NCBI RefSeq assembly: GCF_046119375.1
Contig: NW_027362769.1
Coordinates: forward strand, 365,862,001-365,926,000
DNA: 64,000 nt
Reading direction: 5' to 3'
Origin: Phyllobates terribilis
Taxonomy: Eukaryota
Position numbers and translations under genes: made by a program. The notes under the pieces are model-generated. The model made no database searches. It was given only the letters and a program-made list of their open reading frames with translations, and was not told where the DNA came from. This document shows, piece by piece, positions 49,294 through 63,078 of this stretch. Numbering within the stretch: the stretch's first letter is position 1; each line of letters starts with the position of its first letter.

Positions 49294-50250
49294 ATGTCGG
49301 ATACAGAGGAGAGCTTCACTGCCACAGCCACCGCCAGCGCCACCGCTGCTGCGGTCATGCCTTTCACTATGCCCTATATCCCGGGGGCAGCCTGGCTACC
49401 CCAGTACTCAGGGGAGTCACATACCCTAAATGACTTCAGAGAAAGGCTGGATAGCCTCTTCCAGGTGTACCCCCTCACAGAGGAGCAAAAAGTGAGCATC
49501 CTGGTGGCTCAATTAAAAGGGGCAGCCCAAAGGGAGGTAAAGTCCTGGCCACTCGGGAGGAGGAGGACTGTCGCAGAGATACTAGCCCAGCTGAAGGACA
49601 CCTTTGATACCCGTACCTCAGCCGAGATCAAGCTTAGATTCTACGGGTGCAAGCAGCGAGCACATGAGAATATAAGGGACTATGCACTAAACCTACAAGA
49701 GGCCCTGAGAGCCATTAAGCAGGCCGACCCTGACGGCGTGGGAAACGAAGACAAGCTGTTGACTGAACAATTTATAGAGGGTCTACATTGCAATGCCCAC
49801 CGAACCCAGTTGCGGGCAATGGCCTTACAGGACCCTCATCTGGACTTTGCACAGTTCAAGGACAGAGCCATCCGGGTGCTCCGAGAACCGGCACCAGGTG
49901 GCGCTGTGACCCACAGACGCCCTACTACCACTTACCACCAGGAGACGGCGCCCTTGTCGGCAGGGCCTGTGGGAGCTGATGCGCAGGCTTTAAACAATGA
50001 CCCGGCTACAGACCTGCACCATCAGGTCCAAGAGCTAACTAAAAGCGTTGCTGCGCTAACCCGAACTGTGCAGTCTTTACAGGTTTCTACTCCAGGGAAG
50101 ATCCAGCTGGCATCCGGACCGGAGGATATCCCGTGGCGCCGACCAAGGAGGACCCCACCGGCCAGAGGAAAACCCAGCGACCGATACAACGAGGACGGAC
50201 AACCCATCTGCCACCGCTGCAATCAACCCGGACATATGGCAAGGTACTGT
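49294..50250 (+). pseudogene. gag: A2 gag, interrupted at its 3' end by element C
   Basis: Homologous to A1 gag through CHRCNQPGHMARYC; continues at 55228. Confidence 0.9.
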
Positions 50251-53200
50251 TGTTAGAACCTTGCTCTTAGGTTTTTTTTCCTTTGCTGGTCACATGACCT
50301 TGTTGGCCTATTTAATCCTGCTCCGCCCTTCTGGCTTTGCTGGACTTCATTGTATATCTACTTTCTAGCTAGCCTGTGCTCTGTGTCTTGCTCTGTTAGT
50401 TTGCTTGGTCTACTGACCTCTATGTTCTATATATTTTGTTTGTTCGTCTGTCTGCTACTATTTCTGTTAGGAGGTGTCCCATATTCCTCCCAGTCCTTAG
50501 TACTTGTAGGGATTCCTTCCCCACATCTATAGGTCTCCGTACAGACTAGCTTAGGACTTTAGCAGGTCTGATCGCAGGATCAGGTCCCCTGTTACATCGT
50601 AGGGATTAAGCTGAGTTCTATCGTAGGGACAGATCTCCTCTCTTTCCTTAGCTCTGGTAGCAGAACATAACAGTAAGTCCAGCCAGCAAATTCTCTAAGG
50701 AAAGATTTTTCTGTTCCATCATGGTGTCGGTTCAGGATTTGGTTCATCGCCTGCAGGGACTCTCTCTGGAGGTGGCCGAGCTCCGTCAGCACGTGAGTAA
50801 CTGTCCTGGAGCACATTTCTTGGAGCCTAAGGTATGTTTGCCGGATTTATTTTTTGGTGAACACCGAGAATTTTTTTCATTTAAAAATGCTTGCTTATTG
50901 TATTTTCGTTTGAGACCTAAGTCCTCTGGGGATGAATCCCAGCGCGTAGGGTTCATAATGTCACTTTTGCGCAAAGAGCCTCAGGAGTGGGCCTTTTCTT
51001 TGCAACCTAGTGATACATGCTTCAGATCAGTGGATAGTTTTTTTTCTGCTTTGGGACTATTATATGATGATCCTGACCGTGTCGCATCAGCTGAGACTGA
51101 GTTGAGACGTTTAAAACAGGGATCAGGTAATGTGGAAAAATATTGTACTCATTTCCGTCGTTGGTCTACTCAAACAGGGTGGAACGATTCTGCTCTGAAA
51201 AGTCTATTTCTTGCTGGGCTCAGTGAAAGGGTTAAAGACCTGCTAATTGCTTATCCTACACCTGAAGATTTGCAACAGGCTATGCAATTAGCTATACGGG
51301 TGGATAGAAGACTGCGTGCAAGGGTTAATGAGAGCAGATCCTCTGCTATGTCAGTTTCTGGTTATGAGAATGTGTGTACTAACAGAGGTGAACCGATGGA
51401 GATTGGATCGGTGGCACCTCGCTCTCAAGAAAAAGACCGTCGATTTTCTGAAGGCTTGTGTTTCTATTGCGGAAAATCTGGTCATTTGATTAAAGGCTGT
51501 GAGCTTCGTATGAGGAAAGAAAAAAAAATGGTCAGTCATGCCCGTATTGCCTGTTTAAATTCCAAGGGTATATTTTTAGCTGCTTCCACGATTGCTCAGA
51601 AAAAATTATTGGAATTTCGGGTGTTTGTTGATTGCGGGTCTACTCTGAATGTAATTGATGGGGGATTCGTGGAAAGACTCAATTTAAAACCTGAACCTTT
51701 ATCATCCCCCATTGCTGTGGTTTCTGTGGATGGTTCCCCTTTGAAGAATATTACTCTCAAGGTCTGTGAATTTCCTCTCACTATTAATGGTGTTCACCAT
51801 GAGAAATTGGATTTGGTAGTGTTGAATAACTTGCCTTCTCCAGTAATATTGGGATTGCCCTGGTTAAAATTTCACAATCCTGTACTGGATTGGTCTACCA
51901 GTGAAATTAAATCCTGGAGCCATAAATGTTATGACAAGTGTTGTAACGGGCGTATTGCAGCTTTGGATAGGGGAGAATTGCCTGTTCCTATTCAGGATTT
52001 TTGGAGAGTTTTTTCTGAGAAGGAATCGCAGGTTTTGCCTCCCCATAGAGACTATGATTGTTCTATTGAATTTGTCCCTGGAGCGACTCTTCCTAAAAGT
52101 CGTTTATTTAACCTTACTATTCCTGAGAGGAAGGCTTTGGAGGAATACATACAGACAAGTTTGGTCGCCGGTCACATTAGGCCCTCTAAGTCTCCTGTGG
52201 CGGTTGGATTTTTTTTTGTAAAAAAAAAGGACGGCGGTTTACGTCCTTGTCTGGATTTTCGTGAGATTAACAAAATTACTGTACGCAATCCTTACCCACT
52301 GCCATTGATTCCTGATCTGTTTAACCAGTTAATGGGGGCCAAGTGGTTCTCTAAAATTGACCTTAAGGGGGCATACAATCTGTTGCGCATGAAGGAGGGT
52401 GACGAATGGAAGACTGCTTTTAACACTCCTGTGGGTCATTTTGAGAATCTGGTTATGCCTTTTGGTCTTACTAATGCTCCTGCATTTTTTCAGAATCTGA
52501 TTAATGACATCCTTAGACCTTTGATCGGCAAAAATGTGGTTGTGTATTTGGATGACATTTTGATTTATTCGCCGGATCTGGAGTCTCATTGGCGGAGCGT
52601 GCGAGAGGTATTACAGTTATTAATGGACAATTCGCTTTTTGCTAAGCTGGAGAAATGTGAGTTCGCTGTACAGAGAATTAGTTTTTTGGGCTACATTATC
52701 TCCAGCAAAGGTTTTGAGATGGATCCGGTTAAGGTTCAGGCTGTGCAGGAATGGCCTAGGCCTATTGGTTTGAAATCGATACAGAGGTTTTTGGGTTTCG
52801 CCAATTACTACAGAAAATTCATAAAAAAATTTTCTAGTATTGTCAAACCTCTGACTGATCTCACCAGGAAAGGTGCTGATGCGGTTCAGTGATCTTCTGA
52901 GGCCATTGAAGCTTTTGTGTATCTCAAGGAGAGGTTCACCTCTGCTCCCATCCTTATGCAGCCTGATGTTACTAGGCCGTTTTTGGTTGAGGTTGATGCT
53001 TCCTCTGTGGGGGTTGGCGCAGTATTGTCTCAGGATAACGGGGATGGATTACATCCCTGTGCTTTTTTTTCAAAAAATTTTTCGGAGACTGAACTGAATT
53101 ACGATATTGGTAATCGGGAATTATTGGCTATTAAACTCGCATTTGAACACTGGCGCCACTTCTTGGAAGGTGCGGAATTTCCCGTTCAGGTTCTTACGGA

Positions 53201-55222
53201 TCATAAAAATCTCATATATCTTGATGCTGCCAAGCGCCTGAATGCCCGTCAGGCTAGGTGGGCACTGTTTTTCTCGCGGTTTAATTTCTCCGTTACTTAC
53301 ATCCCTGGTACTAAGAATGTTAAGGCGGATGCCTTGTCTCGCAGTTTTTCTCCCATAGTCGGTGCTGAGAAAGAGGAGAACATTTTACAAGAAGGTGTTG
53401 TGATAGCTGCTTTGGACTCCGTTTTGGAAAATTAGATTCTTAAAGCACAGGAGAATGCCCCTTCTAACACTCCTCATGGGAGGTTGTTTGTGCCTGGGAC
53501 CTTTAGGAGAGATTTGTTTGTTGAGTGTCACGAATCTCGGTTGGCAGGTCATCCCGGAATATCTGAGACCAAGAGACTGGTGGGTCGCAGTTTTTGGTGG
53601 CCTGGATGGCAGAAGGAAGTCATTAAGTGGGTGCGTCAATGTACTATATGTGCTAGATCTAAGTCCTCACATACTCCTGCTGCGGGGTTGCTTTGTCCTT
53701 TGGAGGTTCCCAGTGCTCCTTGGACACATTTGGCTATGGACTTTATAACTGACCTTCCCCCCTCTGAGGGTTTTACTGTCATCTGGGTGGTCGTGGACCG
53801 TTTTAGCAAGATGTGTCACTTGGTTCCTTTCGTCAAACTGCCCTGCGCTAAAACTCTCGCTAAGGCCTTTGTCAAGGAAATTGTCAGACTTCATGGCGTT
53901 CCTACTGACATTGTTTCTGATAGGGGTCCTCAGTTCGTGGCTCGTTTTTGGCGTGCCTTTTGTGATAGGTTGGGAGTTCATTTGTCGTTCTCGTCCGGAT
54001 ATCATCCTGAATCTAATGGCCAGACAGAAAGGAAAAACCAGGATGTTGAGCAGTTCTTGCGTTGTTTTGTGGCAGACAATCAAGAGGGGTGGTCTGAGTT
54101 TCTGCCACTTGCTGAATTTGCTCTGAACAATCATACATCTTCTTCTGCTGGTTGTTCGCCTTTTTTTTGTTGTTCTGGGAGACATCCGTCGTTTGGGTCG
54201 TTCTCCAAGTTGGGATCTGCCGTGCCTGAGGAGGAGAATTTTTCCGGTGATTTGGAGAGAGTTTGGACGGATGTGCGTGGTAATCTTCAGGAGGCCAACA
54301 GAAAATCTAAAGACTACTTTGATAGGAAACGACAGGAGGTTTTGTTCGCTGTTGGTGACATGGTTTGGTTGTCCTCTAGGAATCTGCGGTTGAGGATTCC
54401 TTCTAAGAAATTGGGTCCCAAGTTTGTAGGGCCCTTTAAGGTGCTTCAGGTTGTCAACCAATCTGCTGTTAGGTTGGAGGTTCCTACCTCCTGGAAAATT
54501 AATCCGGTATTTCATGTCTCTCTGTTGAAAAAAGCTGTTGTATCGGATTGTGACGCCTCTGCCTCTGTTCCTCCGGTGGTGGAGGACGGGGAATATGAAA
54601 TTTCTCGCATCCTTAACTCTAGACGGTATAGAGGTAGTTTGCAGTATCTTGTGGCCTGGAAAGGTTTCGGTCCCGAGGATAACTCTTGGGTGAGGTCGGA
54701 TGATGTTTCCGCGTCCAGACTTATCAGAGCGTTTCACAGGAGATTTCCTGATAAGCCTGGTCCTAGGGGATCCGGAGGATCCTCTTAGAAGGGGGGGTAC
54801 TGTTAGAACCTTGCTCTTAGGTTTTTTTTCCTTTGCTGGTCACATGACCTTGTTGGCCTATTTAATCCTGCTCCGCCCTTCTGGCTTTGCTGGACTTCAT
54901 TGTATATCTACTTTCTAGCTAGCCTGTGCTCTGTGTCTTGCTCTGTTAGTTTGCTTGGTCTACTGACCTCTATGTTCTATATATTTTGTTTGTTCGTCTG
55001 TCTGCTACTATTTCTGTTAGGAGGTGTCCCATATTCCTCCCAGTCCTTAGTACTTGTAGGGATTCCTTCCCCACATCTATAGGTCTCCGTACAGACTAGC
55101 TTAGGACTTTAGCAGGTCTGATCGCAGGATCAGGTCCCCTGTTACATCGTAGGGATTAAGCTGAGTTCTCTCGTAGGGACAGATCTCCTCTCTTTCCTTA
55201 GCTCTGGTAGCAGAACATAACA
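50251..55222 (+). mobile_element. Chromovirus-type Gypsy element C
   Basis: 422-bp LTRs (50251-50672 and 54801-55222) with one difference seen; 5-bp TSD ACTGT; PPT AGAAGGGGGGGTAC. Confidence 0.96.
50721..54788 (+). pseudogene. Element C single gag-pol ORF with two in-frame stops and a C-terminal chromodomain
   Basis: Three ORFs in one frame, split by TGA (52890-52892) and TAG (53433-53435); CFYCGKSGH, VDCGS, YLDD, EYEISRIL...YLVAWKGFGPEDNSW. Confidence 0.92.
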
Positions 55223-55227
55223 ACTGT

Positions 55228-58200
55228 CCTTTAAACTGGCACAACCTGGGGTAGAGGGCCAACCCCTAGGAATAAGATCACCAGGCCCATCGAACTGGCG
55301 TGACAAATACGTGGGAGGACGTCCAGTCTTGCCTGTGGTACTGGATGGCATTCCTATGAGTGCCCTACTGGACACCGGGTCACAGGTCACCACCATCCCG
55401 TACGTGCTCTTCAAGCAGTACTGGAATGACTCGGATATAACCCGCTACCCTGACGACGACTTGAGTATCATCGCCAGCAATGGTCAGCCCGTGCCACAGA
55501 TCGGATTTAAAGAGGTGACCATTAAAATCGGTAAAGTCGAACTGGCAGCACAGGGACTGATCATTGTGGACATTGACAAGCGCGAGAGTCACCCAAAGAT
55601 AACTCTAGGAACTAATGTGATTGAAAATTGTCTTGCAGAGGTGATTCTCATTTTACAGCAGGTTGCCAAGAACGCCAGTTCCGGCCAGCAGCGAGTGCTC
55701 CAAAAAGAGATCCGGGCACTGATGCGACGGCAACAGGTGGAACTCTCCGGTGGTGAGATTGGTAGCGTGAGAATGTGTGACCCTTTCCCTATTGCCATGC
55801 CCCCGAAAAGTGAAATGATCATTTGGTGCCGGGCAGCTATTGGTCTGAGAGGTAGAGATTACCAGGCAATGGTGGAACCAGTCTACTCAGACAGTAGGCC
55901 CACCATTTTGACAGCACGGGGGGTGGTCGATGTACGCCATGGGAGGGTGCCCGTTCGCATCATAAATATCGGGGAGAGAGAAGTACACCTGCCCCGGTAT
56001 GCCACGCTAGCCAAATTGTTCACCATAAACCAGAATTCTGTACAGGCCGTGGAACCCTTGCCTCCATCTCAACCAGAGGAAGGTAACGGCTCTAAGCAAC
56101 AAATGGAGGACTGGTGTCAGCAACTACATTTGGGTACTGACTCCACTCCCTCACACCAGAAACAGGGAGTCTATCGGGTGGTTCAAGAGTACGAGAGAGT
56201 GTTTAGTAAACACCCGTTAGACTTCGGGCGAGTAAAGGGGGTAGAACACCACATCCCCACGGGAGACCATCCTCCCATAAAGGAGAGATACCGACCCGTA
56301 CCCCCTGCACACTACCAACACGCCAAGGGGATGCTTAGAGACATGAAGGAGGCTGGGGTAATCAGGGATAGCTGTAGCCCTTGGGCAGCTCCACTAGTCT
56401 TGGTTAAAAAAAAAGACAACACCATGAGAATGTGTGTGGACTACCGGAAAATCAACCGTATCACACACAAAGATGCGTACCCCTTACCAAGGATAGAGGA
56501 GTCTTTGGCTGCTTTAAAATCTGCTAACTTCTTCTCCACTTTGGATCTCACTAGCGGTTACTGGCAGGTTCCTGTAGCAGAGGCGTGAGAAGACCGCATT
56601 CACCACCCCGATGGGACTTAGCGAGTTTACCTGCATGCCGTTCGGACTCTGCAACGCACCAGGAACCTTCCAACGATTGATGGAATGCTGTCTGGGACAC
56701 CGGAACTTTGAGACGGTCCTGCTGTACCTGGACGATGTTATAGTTTATTCCAAAACCTACGAGGACCACCTGAAACACCTGGCGGAAGTGTTTGAAGCCC
56801 TGGCAAACTACGGTCTGAAGGTGAAACCGTCGAAGTGTCACCTGCTAAAACCAAAAGTGCAGTACCTGGGACACGTGGTGAGTGCTGACGGAGTGGCTCC
56901 CGACCCTGATAAGATCACCGCGGTTAAGGAATGGCCAAGACCCTCTAGCGTAAGGGAAGTACGGCAGTTCCTCGGGTTGGTAGGCTACTACCGAAGATTC
57001 ATTCCTGGTTTCACCAAAAAGGCAGCTCCTATGCAGGACCTCCTGATAGGCCAGTCCAGGAAGGCCAAGAACCAGAAGCCGCCCTTCAGATGGGAGAAGC
57101 TGGAAGAAGAGTCCTTCCGCCAGCTGAAGATGGCCTTCACGGGGGATGAAATCCTGGCATACCCTGATTGTGCCCTGATGGGCACACATAAATTGGCCAA
57201 ATTATGCGCAAAAAAACTTCATTTTTCAAAATGACATTAGTCTAGATACAATATTTCTTATATTTTCATGTATGGAGTGCCGAAGTTCTTTTTGCTATTG
57301 AGATTACTCTTTTCTTCAGAACACCCGAATAGACCAGTGAGCGACCCCTCTCTTTTTTCTATTAATCATTTTTGGGATCCCGCTCCTGGAGCATTGCAGC
57401 AGGTACGTGTTCACACTATTAGAAGTTTGACAGCCTTTTTTCTGACCATGTGTCCCTCCCATTCAGTCACAGGTGGTTTTAACTAGCTCTACCAGCCCAT
57501 ACATTGTAGGTTAAAAGCCCAAGCAGAGACATATTGTCCATACAGGCTTACAGCCCAAGAGTGGCATATCCAGTGGTAGCATAGCGTAGTTTCCCATCAT
57601 ACGAAGGTGACCTTGTCGTGGTTGATGGGCACACATAAATTGGCCAAATTATGCGCAAAAAACCTTCATTTTTCAAAATGACATTAGTCTAGATACAATA
57701 TTTCTTATATTTTCATGTATGGAGTGCCGAAGTTCTTTTTGCTATTGAGATTACTCTTTTCTTCAGAGCACCCGAATAGACCAGTGAGCGACCCCTCTCT
57801 TTTTTCTATTAATCATTTTTGGGATCCCGCTCCTGGAGCATTGCAGCAGGTACGTGTTCACACTATTAGAAGTTTGACAGCCTTTTTCTGACCATGTGTC
57901 CCTCCCATTCAGTCACAGGTGGTTTTAACTAGCTCTACCAGCCCATACATTGTAGGTTAAAAGCCCAAGCAGAGACATATTGTCCATACAGGCTTACAGC
58001 CCAAGAGTGGCATATCCAGTGGTAGCATAGCGTAGTTTCCCATCATACGAAGGTGACCTTGTCGTGGTTGATGGGCACACATAAATTGGCCAAATTATGC
58101 GCAAAAAACCTTCATTTTTCAAAATGACATTAGTCTAGATACAATATTTCTTATATTTTCATGTATGGAGTGCCGAAGTTCTTTTTGCTATTGAGATTAC

Positions 58201-61200
58201 TCTTTTCTTCAGAGCACCCGAATAGACCAGTGAGCGAGCCCTCTCTTTTTTCTATTAATCATTTTTGGGATCCCGCTCCTGGAGCATTGCAGCAGGTACG
58301 TGTTCACACTATTAGAAGTTTGACAGCCTTTTTTCTGACCATGTGTCCCTCCCATTCAGTCACAGGTGGTTTTAACTAGCTCTACCAGCCCATACATTGT
58401 AGGTTAAAAGCCCAAGCAGAGACATATTGTCCATACAGGCTTACAGCCCAAGAGTGGCATATCCAGTGATAGCATAGCATAGTTTCCCATCATACGAAGG
58501 TGACCTTGTCATGGTTGATGGGCACACATAAATTGGCCAAATTATGCGCAAAAAACCTTCATTTTTCAAAATGACATTAGTCTAGATACAATATTTCTTA
58601 TATTTTCATGTATGGAGTGCCGAAGTTCTTTTTGCTATTGAGATTACTCTTTTCTTCAGAGCACCCGAATAGACCAGTGAGCGACCCCTCTCTTTTTTCT
58701 ATTAATCATTTTTGGGATCCCGTTCCTGGAGCATTGCAGCAGGTACGTGTTCACACTATTAGAAGTTTGACAGCCTTTTTTCTGACCATGTGTCCCTCCC
58801 ATTCAGTCACAGGTGGTTTTAACTAGCTCTACCAGCCCATACATTGTAGGTTAAAAGCCCAAGCAGAGACATATTGTCCATACAGGCTTACAGCCCAAGA
58901 GTGGCATATCCAGTGGTAGCATAGCGTAGTTTCCCATCATACGAAGGTGACCTTGTCATGGTTGATGGGCACACATAAATTGGCCAAATTATGCGCAAAA
59001 AACCTTCATTTTTCAAAATGACATTAGTCTAGATACAATATTTCTTATATTTTCATGTATGGAGTGCCGAAGTTCTTTTTGCTATTGAGATTACTCTTTT
59101 CTTCAGAGCACCCGAATAGACCAGTGAGCGACCCCTCTCTTTTTTCTATTAATCATTTTTGGGATCCCGCTCCTGGAGCATTGCAGCAGGTACGTGTTCA
59201 CACTATTAGAAGTTTGACAGCCTTTTTTCTGACCATGTGTCCCTCCCATTCAGTCACAGGTGGTTTTAACTAGCTCTACCAGCCCATACATTGTAGGTTA
59301 AAAGCCCAAGCAGAGACATATTGTCCATACAGGCTTACAGCCCAAGAGTGGCATATCCAGTGGTAGCATAGCGTAGTTTCCCATCATACGAAGGTGACCT
59401 TGTCATGGTTGATGGGCACACATAAATTGGCCAAATTATGCGCAAAAAACCTTCATTTTTCAAAATGACATTAGTCTAGATACAATATTTCTTATATTTT
59501 CATGTATGGAGTGCCGAAGTTCTTTTTGCTATTGAGATTACTCTTTTCTTCAGAGCACCCGAATAGACCAGTGAGCGACCCCTCTCTTTTTTCTATTAAT
59601 CATTTTTGGGATCCCGCTCCTGGAGCATTGCAGCAGGTACGTGTTCACACTATTAGAAGTTTGACAGCCTTTTTTCTGACCATGTGTCCCTCCCATTCAG
59701 TCACAGGTGGTTTTAACTAGCTCTACCAGCCCATACATTGTAGGTTAAAAGCCCAAGCAGAGACATATTGTCCATACAGGCTTACAGCCCAAGAGTGGCA
59801 TATCCAGTGGTAGCATAGCGTAGTTTCCCATCATACGAAGGTGACCTTGTCGTGGTTGATGGGCACACATAAATTGGCCAAATTATGCGCAAAAAACCTT
59901 CATTTTTCAAAATGACATTAGTCTAGATACAATATTTCTTATATTTTCATGTATGGAGTGCCGAAGTTCTTTTTGCTATTGAGATTACTCTTTTCTTCAG
60001 AGCACCCGAATAGACCAGTGAGCGACCCCTCTCTTTTTTCTATTAATCATTTTTGGGATCCCGTTCCTGGAGCATTGCAGCAGGTACGTGTTCACACTAT
60101 TAGAATTTTGACAGCCTTTTTTCTGACCATGTGTCCCTCCCATTCAGTCACAGGTGGTTTTAACTAGCTCTACCAGCCCATACATTGTAGGTTAAAAGCC
60201 CAAGCAGAGACATATTGTCCATACAGGCTTACAGCCCAAGAGTGGCATATCCAGTGGTAGCATAGCGTAGTTTCCCATCATACGAAGGTGACCTTGTCGT
60301 GGTTGATGGGCACACATAAATTGGCCAAATTATGCGCAAAAAACCTTCATTTTTCAAAATGACATTAGTCTAGATACAATATTTCTTATATTTTCATGTA
60401 TGGAGTGCCGAAGTTCTTTTTGCTATTGAGATTACTCTTTTCTTCAGAGCACCCGAATAGACCAGTGAGCGACCCCTCTCTTTTTTCTATTAATCATTTT
60501 TGGGATCCCGCTCCTGGAGCATTGCAGCAGGTACGTGTTCACACTATTAGAAGTTTGACAGCCTTTTTTCTGACCATGTGTCCCTCCCATTCAGTCACAG
60601 GTGGTTTTAACTAGCTCTACCAGCCCATACATTGTAGGTTAAAAGCCCAAGCAGAGACATATTGTCCATACAGGCTTACAGCCCAAGAGTGGCATATCCA
60701 GTGGTAGCATAGCGTAGTTTCCCATCATACGAAGGTGACCTTGTCGTGGTTGATGGGCACACATAAATTGGCCAAATTATGCGCAAAAAACCTTCATTTT
60801 TCAAAATTACATTAGTCTAGATACAATATTTCTTATATTTTCATGTATGGAGTGCCGAAGTTCTTTTTGCTATTGATACCCTGATTACAGCCAGCCCTTT
60901 ATCCTCTACACCGACGCAAGTAACATCGGGCTAGGAGCCGTACTGTCCCAGATCCAGCAGGGGAGAGCACGGGTAATTGCTTATGCCAGCCGAAAACTGC
61001 GACCCACCGAAAGAAACCCTGAGAATTACAGCTCATTCAAGCTAGAGTTCCTGGCAGTGGTGTGGGCAGTCACCGAACGCTTTAAGCACTACCTCGCCTC
61101 TTCCCGGTTCACCGTGTACACGGATAACAACCCGTTGACACACCTGGACACTGCAAGACTCGGTGCCCTGGAGCAGAGATGGATGGCCCGCCTGTCCAAC

Positions 61201-63078
61201 TATGAATTCACGATCAAATACCGGGCAGGACGCTCCAATACCAACGCGGATGCCTTGTCCAGAATGCCAAACCTACCGGACGTAGGGGAAGATCCAGAGG
61301 AACTGGAAGAAGTTGAACTCCCCACGTTCCACCGTCATGGGACTACCCAGTATTCCCACCGTGTAAGGGGTAAGCAATCCGCTACGTTCAACCCCTTACC
61401 TCATTACAACTGGGCGGAAACGCAAGACAGTGACCCCGCCGTCCGACTGGTGAAGGAGATGCTGACTCAGCCAGATGCTCGCCTTGACCCAGACGCTCCG
61501 GAGGAAACCAAGCAACTGTGGGCTGAGAAGAGTCGACTGTTCCTTTACAAGGGGAAGTTGTGCCGTAGAATGGTTAACTCCCGGACGCATGAACTGATCT
61601 GGCAAGTAGTGGTGCCATGAAGAGACGCGGCTATGGTACTGGAGGCATACCACGACGGAGCTGGGCACTTCGGATGGAAGAAGCTGGAGTTCCTGCTGCG
61701 CGGGCGGTTCCACTGGGTAGGCATGAGAGGAACCATCGAGAGGTGGTGCAGAGACTGTGGCCCATGCAACCTAAGAAGGAAGGACCGTGCCAGTCAGAAG
61801 ACTCCCCTGCAGTCCATCGTCACCAGGCAGCCGTTGGAACTGGTAGCCTTGGATCATGTAAAACTGACCCCCAGCAGAAGTGGCTACGTCTATGCGTTAA
61901 CCATCGTGGATCACTACTCCCGGTTCTTGGTTGTAGTCCCCGTCAAGGACTTAACGGCTCAAACAGCAGCTAGAGCCTTTCAGCAGCACTTCTGCCGTCC
62001 ACACGGATACCCAGAGCAGGTGCTGACGGACCAGGGACCTGCCTTTGAAGCGGAAGTCTTCCAGGAGTTCTGCACTCTGTATGGCTGCCGGAAGATAAGA
62101 ACAACACCCTATCATCCGCAAACCAATGGACTCTGCGAGAAGATGAACCAGGTGGTGATAGACCTTCTGAAAACGTTGCCCCTGGAAGAACGCAGTCTGT
62201 GGCCTGAGAAACTGCCTGATCTGGTGGACCTATACAACCACATCCCTGTAGGTTCTACCAACTGTACCCCGGCTTACCTAATGAGAGCTAGACCTGGTAA
62301 GCTGCCTGTTGATCTGGATATGGGAGTCCTGACACCCGAGGACACTTCACCAGAAGCAGACTGGGACACAGAGAGGCAGCAGCAGTACCGGAAAGTACAG
62401 GAGAGCGTTGAGCGAAGTCTCTATCAAGCAAGAGAAAGACAGGAGAAGACTTACAACCAGTATGCTCCCGCTGTTCCCCTGGTACCTGGAGAGCAGGTCT
62501 TGAAAAGGAAGAGACGGCTCCACAAGTTGGACGACCAGTGGGAGAAGGACCCGTACACCGTACTGCCATCAAGCCATGAAAACCCAAAAATCTGCACAAT
62601 CAGTAAGGATGGAGGAGAAACCAAAGCCATTGTCTCCCGAGATCACCTGAAGAAGTGTCCCGAGCAGCTACGAAACCCTGAAGAAGATCAAGAAAACCCT
62701 CGATCCGCAGAGGAAAGGGAAGAAATGGTCAGTACTGTACTCGGAGACTTCCCTCGGTCTTGGACACAAGTAAATGGCGCTGTTGTGGTACCCGTCCTCA
62801 CCTTCCTCCAGCCAGCATCCCAAGTGCCTACGGAAAAACAGGTAGAGCTGGAAGAGCAGCCGGTCCAGGAGGCAGAAGACCCCACACAAGCAGACCAGGA
62901 GAATCGACCCTCTGCTTATAGTGAGCCTGCCGTGCCCCTAGTGAGCCAAAGAACCCGTAGACAGCTGCCCAGCTTACCTTTGACAGCTCCTACACCCTGT
63001 AGCTTAGGACCGGTCAGTAAGCTCCGTAGGTCTACTAGGGCCACTAGAGGCCAGTTGCCAGTACGTTGGAGGATCTAA
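55228..63078 (+). pseudogene. pol: A2 pol, inactivated
   Basis: Small frameshifting deletion near 56585, tandem-array insertion at 57170-60875, and CGA>TGA at 61618-61620 relative to A1. Confidence 0.92.
57170..60875. repeat. 447-bp tandem array (8 full units plus 125 bp) inserted into A2 pol
   Basis: Unit starts at 57176, 57623 ... 60751; near-identical copies; flanked by duplicated ATACCCTGATT. Confidence 0.97.

Noticed and set aside
53667-54737. 356-aa antisense ORF in element C
   Set aside because: It lies opposite the integrase coding region, with no motif and no counterpart in element B.
57275-57335. Hammerhead-like CTGAAGA on the minus strand of the 447-bp unit
   Set aside because: No closed stem II and no GAAA...UH arrangement, so the core is incomplete.
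57268-57486. 72-aa ORF repeated in the 447-bp array
   Set aside because: No homology is recognisable, and it is broken by a 1-bp deletion in unit 2; recurrence is explained by the tandem repeat.
57560-57632. tRNA-like A box (CAGTGGTAGCATAGC) in the 447-bp unit
   Set aside because: No B box (GTTCRANNC) and no cloverleaf could be built; no 5S or snRNA match was recognised.
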